The position numbers and the translations under genes are program-made. A DNA stretch of 64,000 bases from Pseudomonadota bacterium (GTDB lineage: Bacteria > Pseudomonadota > Alphaproteobacteria > Ferrovibrionales > Ferrovibrionaceae). Position 1 is the first letter of the stretch. Each line of letters begins with the position of its first letter. Below are positions 19,119 through 28,457 of the stretch, one piece after another. A model generated the notes under the pieces. The model worked only from the letters and a program-made list of their open reading frames with translations. It was not told where the DNA came from and did no database searches. The stretch spans positions 3,110 through 67,109 of the forward strand of contig JAEYSS010000220.1 of assembly GCA_023434425.1 (NCBI GenBank), written 5' to 3'.

Positions 19119-20282
19119 ATGAACATAGACAACACACAGCAGATTCCCTTCGGCCGCCCGATCATCGGCGAGGAAGAACGCGCCGCCGTTATCGACGCCC
19201 TGATGTCGCCGCAGTTGGTGCATGGCCCGCGCGCGAAAGCTTTCGAAGCGGCCTTTGCCGCCATGCTTGGTCCGCAGGTGACCGCGACCACCGTGGCCTC
19301 CTGCACCGCCGGCCTGCATCTTGCCTATATCCACCTGGGCATCGGCGCCGGCGATGAAGTGATCGTGCCGGCGCAGACCCATGTCGCCACCGCGCATTCA
19401 GTGGAGATCACCGGCGCCAAGCCCGTGTTCGTCGACTGCGAACCGGAGACCGGCAATATCGACGTCGCCGACCTCGAGGCCGCCATCACGCCGCGCACCA
19501 AAGCCATCAGCGTCGTGCACTATCTGGGCCTGCCGGTGGACATGGCCGGCGTCATGGCGTTGGCGAAACAGCATAACCTGTTCGTCGTCGAGGATTGCGC
19601 CCTTGCTGTCGGCTCTTCCATCGATGGCGTGGCCTGCGGCCTGATCGGTGATGTTGGCGTATTCTCCTTCTACCCGGTGAAGCACCTGACCACGGCCGAA
19701 GGCGGCATGGTGATCAGTCGCCGCCCCGAGGTGACCGCTTCGATCGATAACTTGAAGGCCTTCGGCTACGACCTGAACGTGGGCGAACGTAAGGTTCCCG
19801 GCGTCTACAACGTCATGCGCCTAGGCCTCAACTACCGCATGAATGAACTGCAGGCCGCGATCGGCGTGGAGCAGGTCAAGAAGCTCCCCGGTTTCCTGCA
19901 GCAGCGCCGCCAGAACGCCGATGCGCTGCGCGAAGCCATGAAGGACATCGCCGAAATCCGGCTACTAGCCGACGGCGACGCCAGCCGTGTCCATAGCAAT
20001 TATTGCCTGGTCGGGGTGTTTGGACCGGAGCTGGGCGAGAAGCGCCCGCAGATCATCGAATCGATGAAGCGCCAAGGCATCGGCACCAGCGTCTATTACC
20101 CAGGCCCGGTACCACACATGAGCTATTACCGGCAGAAATACGGCACCCCGGACAGCGCCTTCCCGAACGCGCGGCGTATCAGCAATCATTCGCTCGCGCT
20201 TCCGGTCGGCCCACACCTGCATCCCGCACAAATGAAGATCGTGGCCGAAGGCCTGAAAACCGCCATCAAGGAGCTGAAGTAA
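19119..20282 (+). CDS. DegT/DnrJ/EryC1/StrS sugar aminotransferase
   Basis: Motifs SCTAGLH, EDCA, FSFYPVKHLTTAEGG, NYRMNE. Confidence 0.93.
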   Translation: MNIDNTQQIPFGRPIIGEEERAAVIDALMSPQLVHGPRAKAFEAAFAAMLGPQVTATTVASCTAGLHLAYIHLGIGAGDEVIVPAQTHVATAHSVEITGAKPVFVDCEPETGNIDVADLEAAITPRTKAISVVHYLGLPVDMAGVMALAKQHNLFVVEDCALAVGSSIDGVACGLIGDVGVFSFYPVKHLTTAEGGMVISRRPEVTASIDNLKAFGYDLNVGERKVPGVYNVMRLGLNYRMNELQAAIGVEQVKKLPGFLQQRRQNADALREAMKDIAEIRLLADGDASRVHSNYCLVGVFGPELGEKRPQIIESMKRQGIGTSVYYPGPVPHMSYYRQKYGTPDSAFPNARRISNHSLALPVGPHLHPAQMKIVAEGLKTAIKELK

Positions 20283-21313
20283 TGTCGATTTCCCTCGCCG
20301 GCCGCCGCATCGCCCTTATCGGCGGAGCGGGCTTCATCGGACATAACCTTGCTCTGCAGCTCAACGCCCTCGGCGCCGAAGTCCATGTGCTGGACAGCCT
20401 GCAGGTCAACAACATGGGTGCCTTCTCGAACAAGCAATCGGGCAATCCCAATGCCGATCTCTATATGTCGTTTATCAATGAACGGCTCGATCTGCTGCGC
20501 GCCGCCGACATCCAGCTGCACATCATCGATGCCCGCGACTACCACCTGATGTCGCCGCACCTGAGCAGTATCCAGCCCGATGCCGTAGTACAGCTGGCCG
20601 CCATCGCCCATGCCAACCGCGCCAACAAGGATCCCTACAGCACCTTCGACCACTCGATGCGGACGCTGGAAAACGCCCTCGACTGCGTGCGTGAGAATAA
20701 GCCGCATTTCGTCTTCTTCTCGTCTTCAATGGTCTACGGCAACTTCGAAGGCCAGGCGGCCACCGAGGATCGCGTCTGCGAACCTATGGGCATCTACGGC
20801 GCCCTGAAATTCGCTGGCGAGAAGCTGGTGATCGCCTACAATCAGGTCTTCGACCTGCCTTACACGATCATCCGCCCCTCCGCCCTCTATGGCGAACGCT
20901 GCGTCAGCCGCCGTGTCGGCCAGGCGTTCATCGAAAATTCGCTACGCGGCCAGGACCTGACGATCAATGGCGACGGCAACGATGCTCTCGATTTCACCTA
21001 CATCGAAGACCTCGTCCAGGGTATCGTCCTGTCGTTGGCCAAGCCGGAAGCCCGCAACCAAGTCTTCAACATCACCTATGGCCAGGGCCGCAAGATCCAG
21101 GACTTGGCGGAACTGGTGCGGTCGCATTTCCCCAAGATCAACATCCGCTACAATCCGCGCGATGTACTGATGCCCGAACGCGGCACGCTGTCGATCGAGA
21201 AGGCCAAGTCGCTGCTCGGTTACAAGCCGTCCAACCCGATCGAGGTCGGCTTTAACAAGTATGTCGAGTGGTACAAGACCATCGCCAAGAGGAACCCAAG
21301 CCTGTTCTCTTAA
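20282..21313 (+). CDS. NAD-dependent epimerase/dehydratase
   Basis: Motifs GGAGFIG, FSSSMVYG, YGALK, RPSALYG. Confidence 0.88.
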   Translation: MSISLAGRRIALIGGAGFIGHNLALQLNALGAEVHVLDSLQVNNMGAFSNKQSGNPNADLYMSFINERLDLLRAADIQLHIIDARDYHLMSPHLSSIQPDAVVQLAAIAHANRANKDPYSTFDHSMRTLENALDCVRENKPHFVFFSSSMVYGNFEGQAATEDRVCEPMGIYGALKFAGEKLVIAYNQVFDLPYTIIRPSALYGERCVSRRVGQAFIENSLRGQDLTINGDGNDALDFTYIEDLVQGIVLSLAKPEARNQVFNITYGQGRKIQDLAELVRSHFPKINIRYNPRDVLMPERGTLSIEKAKSLLGYKPSNPIEVGFNKYVEWYKTIAKRNPSLFS

Positions 21314-21323
21314 ACCCACGCTA

Positions 21324-22067
21324 ATGCCGACCGCTCTTTCCTTCACCGTCGCCGACGATCCTTGGCTGGGCTCGATCCTGGGCCGGCCGGCCCTGCGCCT
21401 CTCAGCCGGCGGTGCGCAGGCCGGGCTGGCGCAGCGCCTGCAGGCGGAGCGCCTGTTTGCGACGGCGAAGATCGGCACCGACCAGATCGGATTGGTGAAG
21501 GACCTGCAGGCTGCCGGCTGCTATGTCGTCGACGTGCTGCTGGGCTTTGCCGTACCGGCAAAAGACGTATCGGCACCGGCCAAGGGAAACCGCATCCGCA
21601 TGGCCGCGCCAACGGATCGCGACGCCGTCTTCAGCATAGCGGCCACCGCCTTCCGCTACACGCGGTTCCATCTCGACCCGGTCATTCCCGATGCGCTGGC
21701 CAACCGCATCAAGGCGGAATGGGCGGCCAGTTTCTTCACCGGTCAGCGCGGCGACTGCCTGCTGGTCGCCGAAGACGCAGATGGCAGGCCGCAGGGCTTC
21801 CTGCTCAGCCTCGCCACCAAGGACAGCCTGGTGATTGATCTAATCGCGGTCGCCCCCGCCGCGGCAGGCGGCAGCCTCGGCACCGCGATGATCGCCGCAC
21901 TGGCCGAACAGGCCCGCCTGCAGGGCAAAGCCCGGCTGCAAGTCGGCACCCAGGCCGCCAACGCGGCGGCGGCGCGCTTCTATGAAAAAGCCGGCTTCCG
22001 GCTGCAGAACGCCCAATACGTCCTGCATCACCACGGCATCGACACCCGGTATACCGCACAGGCCTGA
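21324..22067 (+). CDS. GNAT N-acetyltransferase (WecD-like)
   Basis: Motifs RFHLDP, IDLIAV, VGTQAAN..A.RFYEKAGF. Confidence 0.82.
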   Translation: MPTALSFTVADDPWLGSILGRPALRLSAGGAQAGLAQRLQAERLFATAKIGTDQIGLVKDLQAAGCYVVDVLLGFAVPAKDVSAPAKGNRIRMAAPTDRDAVFSIAATAFRYTRFHLDPVIPDALANRIKAEWAASFFTGQRGDCLLVAEDADGRPQGFLLSLATKDSLVIDLIAVAPAAAGGSLGTAMIAALAEQARLQGKARLQVGTQAANAAAARFYEKAGFRLQNAQYVLHHHGIDTRYTAQA

Positions 22068-22068
22068 G

Positions 22069-23076
22069 ATGAAGATCGGCACTATCGACATTGACCGCGA
22101 CGTCCTGGTGATCGCCGAGATCGGCAATAATCACGAAGGCGACATGGGCCGCGCCGAGGAGATGATCCACCGCGCCGCCGAAGCCGGCGCGCAGGCGGTG
22201 AAGTTCCAGACCATCATGCCCGAACGGCTGGTGGCGCCCGATCAGACGGCGCGTCTGGCGCAGTTGAAACGGTTCGAGGTCGACGCTGCCAATCACCAGC
22301 GGCTGGCCGAGGCCGCCCATCGCGCCGGCGCGATGTTCCTGTCTACGCCCTTCGCCCTCCCGGCCGTCGACCTGCTTGATCCGCTGGTTCCCGTCTACAA
22401 GATCGCGTCGGGCGATAACGACTTCGTGCCGCTGCTGGAAAAAGTGGCCGCCACCGCCAAGCCGATCATCCTGTCCACCGGCATGACCACGCTGCCGGAT
22501 GTGCAGCGCGCCAAGGAGGCGATTGAGGCCGTCTGGCGCGCCAATGGCAACAATCCCGGCCTGGTGCTGCTGCATTGCGCCTCGGCCTATCCCACGCCGG
22601 TGGCCGAAGCCAATCTTCTGGCCATCCGTACCTTGGCTCAACTCGGCCGACCGGTTGGATATTCCGATCATACGCTAGGCATCGATGCCGCTGTGGCCGC
22701 CGTGGCGGTCGGCGCCCGTGTGATCGAAAAGCATTTCACCCTGTCCAAGACCCAGTCTGAATTCCGCGACCACGCCCTGTCCGCCGAGCCGGCGGAATTG
22801 CGTGAGATGATTACGCGCATCAAAAGCCTGCAGGAACTCCTTGGCGACGGCGTCAAGCGCATCGTGCCGTCCGAACAGGCCAGTGCCGGCGCGGCCCGCC
22901 GCTCCATCTGCGCGGCCCGCGCGTTGCCAGCCGGGCATGTATTGACGGCCGCCGATCTCGACTGGCTGCGCCCGGCCGGTGGCCTTCCGCCCGCCGAGAC
23001 AGGCCGGGTGATCGGCAAGCGCCTGCGGCGGGCGTTGGCGGCCGGCGAGCGGCTGACGCAGGACTCGATCGGTTAG
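22069..23076 (+). CDS. neuB: Nonulosonic acid synthase (NeuB family) 1, with SAF domain
   Basis: Motifs IAEIGNNHEG, VKFQ, KIASGD, LSTGM, LHCASAYP, GYSDHT, IEKHFT. Confidence 0.92.
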   Translation: MKIGTIDIDRDVLVIAEIGNNHEGDMGRAEEMIHRAAEAGAQAVKFQTIMPERLVAPDQTARLAQLKRFEVDAANHQRLAEAAHRAGAMFLSTPFALPAVDLLDPLVPVYKIASGDNDFVPLLEKVAATAKPIILSTGMTTLPDVQRAKEAIEAVWRANGNNPGLVLLHCASAYPTPVAEANLLAIRTLAQLGRPVGYSDHTLGIDAAVAAVAVGARVIEKHFTLSKTQSEFRDHALSAEPAELREMITRIKSLQELLGDGVKRIVPSEQASAGAARRSICAARALPAGHVLTAADLDWLRPAGGLPPAETGRVIGKRLRRALAAGERLTQDSIG

Positions 23077-23094
23077 ACAGGATAGTCCAAAACC

Positions 23095-24936
23095 ATGTGC
23101 GGCATCGCAGGATATATCGGCCCCTCTCCGCTGCCGGCGACGCGTCTGGATGCCTGCCAGCGGCTGATGCGCCGGCGCGGCCCCGATGGCAACGATCGCG
23201 CCAGTTTTGTCACGCCCGACGGCCGGCATGTCGCCTTGCTGCATAGCCGGCTGGCGATCCTCGATCTCGACCCGCGCGCCAACCAGCCGTTCCGCGCTGG
23301 CGATACCGCGCTGGTCTTCAACGGTGAGATCTACAACTACCGTGAACTACGCGATGGCTATCAGCGTCAGGGCGGCGATCTGGTCAGCACTGGCGATACC
23401 GAGATCCTCGCCCGCCTGCTGGACCGCGATGGCGCGGAAACCACGCTGGCGGCCTGCGAAGGCATGTATGCCCTTGCAGCCTACGACACGCAGACGGGGC
23501 AACTCACGCTGGCCCGCGACCGTTTCGGCGAGAAGCCGCTGTGGCTGATCCGCCGCAACGGCACCGTCTATTTTGGCTCCGAGCCGAAATTCCTGTTTGC
23601 TCTGATGGGTGAGCGCCCGCCCATCGACCGCCGTCACCTGCGCCGCTACCTGGTGAATGGCTACAAGTCACTCTACAAGACCCGGGCCAGTTTCTTCGAG
23701 GGCATGGAAGAGCTTCCCGCCGGCCATATCGGCGTCGTCGGCCCCGGCGGCGCATGGCGTGAATATCCGCACTGGCGGCCGCGCTTCCATGCCGCCGAAA
23801 GCGACATGTCCTATGCTGAAGCCGTGGCTGGCACCCGCGAACGCTTGATCCGCTCGGTGGAATTACGATTGCGTGCCGACGTGCCAGTCGCCTTCTGTCT
23901 GTCCGGCGGCATCGACTCCAATGCCTTGATCGGCATCGCCAAGCAGGTGCTGGGCTATGACGTGCACGGCTTCACCATCATGAATACCGATGAGCGCTAC
24001 GAAGAGCGCGAGATGGTGGAGACCTCCGTCCGGCAATTGGGCCTCAGGCACACGCCGATCCCGATCGAGACCGCCGACTTCATGCCCCGGCTGCGCGACC
24101 TGATCCGCCAGCATGATGCCCCGGTCTACACCATCACCTATTTCGCCCAATGGGACCTGATGCAGGCAGTGGGCAAGGGCGGCTACAAGGTCTCGGTCAG
24201 CGGGACTGGCGCCGACGAACTGTTCAGCGGCTATTTCGACCATCACAACGCCTATCTGGCCGCCATGGCCGCCAGTGATCCCACGCGCCACGCTGAGGCG
24301 CTGGCCGAATGGCGTGCCGCCGTCGCCCCGATCGTACGCAATCCCTATCTGCAGGACCCCGATCTGTTCGTGCGCCGGCCATTCTGCCGCGACCACATCT
24401 ATCTGGATGCCGATGTCTTCTCCGACATCCTGGTCGACCCGTTCCGCGAGGCTTTCGCCGAGCAGAACTATGCCGACCAGCTGCTGCGCAACCGCATGAA
24501 CAACGAGCTATTCCATGAAAGCGTGCCGGTCATCCTGCATGAGGACGACCTCAATGCGATGTATTATTCGATCGAGAACCGGTCGCCGTTCCTTGACACC
24601 CCGCTGTTCGATTTCGCCCAGCAGATTCCGACCCGTCACCTGGTGCAGCGCGGCCGTGCCAAGTCGGTCCTGCGCGAGGCCGTGCGCGGCATCGCCCCGG
24701 ATGCGGTCCTCGACAATCCGCGCAAGGTCGGCTTTAACGCGCCGCTGCTGGACTATCTGGATGTGAAAGACCCAGCCGTGATGGCGGACCTGCTGTCCGA
24801 CAGCCCGGTCTGGGACATCATCCGCAAGGATGCCATCAGCGAAATGCTGCAGGAGATCCACCTGCCGAACAGCCGCAGCAAGTTCCTGTTCAACTTCCTC
24901 AATGCCAAACTCTTCATGGAGGAGTTCGCGGCATGA
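23095..24936 (+). CDS. asnB: Asparagine synthase (glutamine-hydrolysing)-like amidotransferase 1
   Basis: Motifs MCGIAG (Ntn Cys1), RGPD, FNGEIYN, RDRFGEKPL, LSGGIDS, GADELF. Confidence 0.92.
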   Translation: MCGIAGYIGPSPLPATRLDACQRLMRRRGPDGNDRASFVTPDGRHVALLHSRLAILDLDPRANQPFRAGDTALVFNGEIYNYRELRDGYQRQGGDLVSTGDTEILARLLDRDGAETTLAACEGMYALAAYDTQTGQLTLARDRFGEKPLWLIRRNGTVYFGSEPKFLFALMGERPPIDRRHLRRYLVNGYKSLYKTRASFFEGMEELPAGHIGVVGPGGAWREYPHWRPRFHAAESDMSYAEAVAGTRERLIRSVELRLRADVPVAFCLSGGIDSNALIGIAKQVLGYDVHGFTIMNTDERYEEREMVETSVRQLGLRHTPIPIETADFMPRLRDLIRQHDAPVYTITYFAQWDLMQAVGKGGYKVSVSGTGADELFSGYFDHHNAYLAAMAASDPTRHAEALAEWRAAVAPIVRNPYLQDPDLFVRRPFCRDHIYLDADVFSDILVDPFREAFAEQNYADQLLRNRMNNELFHESVPVILHEDDLNAMYYSIENRSPFLDTPLFDFAQQIPTRHLVQRGRAKSVLREAVRGIAPDAVLDNPRKVGFNAPLLDYLDVKDPAVMADLLSDSPVWDIIRKDAISEMLQEIHLPNSRSKFLFNFLNAKLFMEEFAA

Positions 24937-26075
24937 AGTGGTGCCAGAGCTGCGTCCTGCCGGATACCCGCCCCAATCTGGTGATCGGCGCCGATGGCAT
25001 CTGCAACGCCTGTAATAGCCATGGCCAGAAGCGCAGCATCGACTGGGTGTCGCGTGGCGAGCAACTGCGCAATGTAGTGGTCGCGGCGAAACAGCAGGCG
25101 GCTTCCAGCGGCTATGACTGCTTGATCCCGGTCTCCGGTGGCAAGGACAGCACCTGGCAGGTTGTGAAATGCCTGGAACTCGGCCTGCGCCCGCTTGCCG
25201 TGACCTGGAAGACGCCAGCGCGAACGGCCATCGGCCAGAAGAACCTGCAAAACCTGATCTCGCTTGGCGTCGACCATATCGACTGGCAGGTCAATCCCAG
25301 GGCCGAAGCCAAATTCATGCTGAAGGCTTTCAAGCGCTTCGGCTCCACCGCCATTCCGATGCATATGGCGCTCTTCAATATCCCGCTGACCCTGGCGGTG
25401 CGCTTCCACATTCCGCTGGTCGTCTGGGGTGAGAATTCCGCTTTCGAATATGGCGCCCGCGACGAGGCTCATACCGGCTTCCGCCTCGATCACCAGTGGC
25501 TGCGCACCTATGGCGTCACCCATGGCACCACGGCCGTAGACTGGATCGACGACGATCTAACAGAAAAGGAACTGGCCTCGTATTTCGGTCCCTCCGCGCA
25601 AGACATGGTTGCCGCCGGCACCCGCGCGATCTTCTTGGGCTATTACCTAGAATGGGATCCGGTCGAGACCAAACGGGTGGCCCAAGCGCACGGCTTTAGT
25701 GCCGACAGCAAGGGACCGCGCACCGGGTATTACGATTTCGCCGATATCGACGACGATTTCATCGCCATTCACCATTGGATGAAGTGGTACAAGTTCGGCT
25801 TCACCCGGCTGTTCGACAACCTTTCGCTCGAGATCCGCAACGGCCGACTGGGCCGCCCGGAGGCGCTTGAGGTTCTGCGCAAACTCGGCGAGCAACGTCC
25901 CAGCGGGGATATCCGCAAGTTCTGCGCCTTCTCCGGCATCACCGAAGCGGACTTCTACTGCATCGCGGAAACCTTCCGCAATCACGACATCTGGCAGCGC
26001 CGCGCCGACGGCGCCTGGCACATGCCGGATTTCCTCTTGCAGGACTGGCCCTGGCTGGAAACGGTCAACGCATGA
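24933..26075 (+). CDS. N-acetyl sugar amidotransferase (WbuX/PseA/WbpG family)
   Basis: Motifs CQSCVLPDTRP, CNAC, YDCLIPVSGGKDS, WGEN..EYG, KFGF, IRNG. Confidence 0.9.
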   Translation: MKWCQSCVLPDTRPNLVIGADGICNACNSHGQKRSIDWVSRGEQLRNVVVAAKQQAASSGYDCLIPVSGGKDSTWQVVKCLELGLRPLAVTWKTPARTAIGQKNLQNLISLGVDHIDWQVNPRAEAKFMLKAFKRFGSTAIPMHMALFNIPLTLAVRFHIPLVVWGENSAFEYGARDEAHTGFRLDHQWLRTYGVTHGTTAVDWIDDDLTEKELASYFGPSAQDMVAAGTRAIFLGYYLEWDPVETKRVAQAHGFSADSKGPRTGYYDFADIDDDFIAIHHWMKWYKFGFTRLFDNLSLEIRNGRLGRPEALEVLRKLGEQRPSGDIRKFCAFSGITEADFYCIAETFRNHDIWQRRADGAWHMPDFLLQDWPWLETVNA

Positions 26076-26461
26076 AAATCAACATCAAGGATCCGCCGCG
26101 CGGCTTCACCGTCGGCAACTCTGTCCGCTTCGAGATGCGCGATTGTGGTAACATCACACTGTCGCCGGATGAACAAGTGACCTTCGTGACGCCGGCCGGC
26201 GGTGAGTTCGACGTGGCCCGCAAGGATTGGGGCTTCTACGCCACGCCAAGCCTGAACGGTCGCCTGCCGCAATTCGGCCTGCGCACCGCGCTGATCCGCA
26301 ATACCATGACTGGCCGCTATTTCATCCTGCTGGTGGAAAAGGGCCGCGAAAGCAACTTCGACGCTTACCTGATCCAGGAAAGCTGCGTGGTGGTGTCCTG
26401 GCTGGATAGCACGGAGGCGTTGGACAACCTGCGTCTGGCGCTGGAAGCGGCCGGCAAGTGA
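26072..26461 (+). CDS. Hypothetical protein (129 aa)
   Basis: Overlaps both neighbours by 4 bp and has host-like codon usage. No recognised motif. Confidence 0.75.
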   Translation: MKINIKDPPRGFTVGNSVRFEMRDCGNITLSPDEQVTFVTPAGGEFDVARKDWGFYATPSLNGRLPQFGLRTALIRNTMTGRYFILLVEKGRESNFDAYLIQESCVVVSWLDSTEALDNLRLALEAAGK

Positions 26462-27309
26462 CATTGCAGGCGACATTGCGCTGCCCCTGCCGTGGCAGTT
26501 GCCTGGAGGCGGCCTTTCAGTATGAAGCGCCGCCGGAGCTGGAAACCCGCTTCGATCTCGGCGGCCAGCCCTATCGTCGCGGTTACGACCGCTGCACGGC
26601 CTGCGATCACTGGTTCGGCCGTCACGACCTCGATCTCAGTGGCCTCTACAGCGCCGATTACGTGAATGCTACCTACGGAGACAGCGCCGGCCTGCGCCAG
26701 GGGTTCCAGAAGATCATGGCATTGCCGCCGGAGCTTTCCGACAACCGCCAGCGCGTCGCCCGCTTGCGTGCCTTCGCAAACGAGCGCGGCCTGAGCGAGA
26801 CGGCGCAGCCAAGCCTGCTAGATGTTGGTGCTGGCCTCGGCGTCTTTCCTGCCGCGATGCGCGAGGCCGGCTGGTCGGTCAGCGCACTCGAGATGGATGT
26901 CCGCATGGTAAAGCATCTGCGTGACGCCGTCGGTATCGAGGCGCAGGCAGAAAACCTGCTTGCTCAGCCGACCGATGGCGCGCGCTACGACGCGATCACC
27001 TTCAACAAGGTGCTCGAGCATGTGGAAGATCCACTGCCGATGGTCGTGCATGCCGCGCGTCTGCTATCGGATCGCGGCTTCATCTATATCGAGCTACCCG
27101 ATGTCGCCGCCGCCTGCGAAGGCCCAGGCCGCGAAGAATTCTTCATCGAACATCACCACGTCTTCAGCCCGGCTTCCATCGCCATGCTGTTCGAACGGGC
27201 GGGACTGACCCCGCTGGCGATCGAGCGGCTACGCGAACCAAGCGGCAAATTTACCCTGCGCGGCTTCGGCCTGCCGCTTCCGGCAGGCGCCGCCCGCGCC
27301 ACTTCCTGA
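26458..27309 (+). CDS. Class I SAM methyltransferase
   Basis: Motifs LDVGAGLG, FNKVLEH, YIELPD, with N-terminal Cys pairs. Confidence 0.85.
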   Translation: MTLQATLRCPCRGSCLEAAFQYEAPPELETRFDLGGQPYRRGYDRCTACDHWFGRHDLDLSGLYSADYVNATYGDSAGLRQGFQKIMALPPELSDNRQRVARLRAFANERGLSETAQPSLLDVGAGLGVFPAAMREAGWSVSALEMDVRMVKHLRDAVGIEAQAENLLAQPTDGARYDAITFNKVLEHVEDPLPMVVHAARLLSDRGFIYIELPDVAAACEGPGREEFFIEHHHVFSPASIAMLFERAGLTPLAIERLREPSGKFTLRGFGLPLPAGAARATS

Positions 27310-27322
27310 TGGATTACCTGTC

Positions 27323-28441
27323 GTGACCTATCGCTGGAACAGGATCGGGCCGCTTGACCGCGCACCGGCCAGACATTTCCAGGAATCCTGGATCCGTGAG
27401 GCGCCGGACGGCAGCAGCGTGCGGCACGATGTGCAGGTCACCATCGGCAAGCCCTTCGACGTGCTGTCGCTGAAAGGCACCGATCTGGAGGAATGGCGCT
27501 CCTATGCCCGCTTCCTGGACGAGACGGCTGCACGCCTCTATGCCACCGGCGCGCCGCGCCAGACCATCACGCAGTGTCCCTGCTGCGACCTCGATACCCG
27601 GGCGGCCGCCAAGGCCTTCGCGGCCTTCGGCGTGGATTACCATCAATGCGCCACCTGCGGGCATGTCTTCGTGCGCGACCAGCCCCGCCGCACCGACCTG
27701 GAAACCAATTTCGAGGAATCCGCAGAACACAGCGCCGCCTATACCGACCGCGCGGCGGCCGAACGCCGGGTCGCCGCCATCGCGGCGCCGAAGCTGGTCT
27801 GGGCACAGGACCATTACCGCCGCCTGCATGGCCGGGATGCCGTCACCGGCCTGGACATCGGCGCCGGCGGCGGGCATTTCGTGGCTGCCATGCGACGCGC
27901 CGGCATGAATGCCGCGGGCTATGAACTGTCCGCCGCCTCGCGGCATTTTGCCCGCGAGGCCTTCGGCATCGACCTGCGCGCCGGCGACTTCTCCGCCGCG
28001 CCGCCCAGCCCCGTCGAGTTGCTGACGCTGTGGGGAGTGCTGGAATACGTGCCCGATCCGCAGCGGCTGCTGAAGGCGGCCCGCCAGCACCTTTCGCCGG
28101 ACAATGGCCTGTTGATCGTCGAGGTCCCGCGCTTTACCGCCATCGGAACCCGCGCCCAGTCCGCCAAAGGCGCGGTGGTGGCTCGGCATATGGATCCGAC
28201 CAGCCATGTGAATGCCTTCACCGACAGTTCCCTGGCGGAGGCGTTGGCTCTGAGCGGCTTCGCGCCGGTGGCCGCCTGGTATTTCGGCATGGACGCCTAT
28301 GAAATGCTGTGCCAGATCGCCCTGCGTCGGAACGATGCCACGCTGATCGACGAGATGGCAGATCTGATTCCCCTGCTGCAGGACGGCTTCGACCAGGGGC
28401 GCCAGTGCGACGACCTGGTCATCGCCGCTCGCCCCATCTGA
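27323..28441 (+). CDS. Class I SAM methyltransferase with Zn-ribbon
   Basis: CPCC..CATC, then LDIGAGGG, WGVLEY, IVEVP. Confidence 0.83.
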   Translation: MTYRWNRIGPLDRAPARHFQESWIREAPDGSSVRHDVQVTIGKPFDVLSLKGTDLEEWRSYARFLDETAARLYATGAPRQTITQCPCCDLDTRAAAKAFAAFGVDYHQCATCGHVFVRDQPRRTDLETNFEESAEHSAAYTDRAAAERRVAAIAAPKLVWAQDHYRRLHGRDAVTGLDIGAGGGHFVAAMRRAGMNAAGYELSAASRHFAREAFGIDLRAGDFSAAPPSPVELLTLWGVLEYVPDPQRLLKAARQHLSPDNGLLIVEVPRFTAIGTRAQSAKGAVVARHMDPTSHVNAFTDSSLAEALALSGFAPVAAWYFGMDAYEMLCQIALRRNDATLIDEMADLIPLLQDGFDQGRQCDDLVIAARPI

Positions 28442-28457
28442 GCCTGCCTCTGTAACG

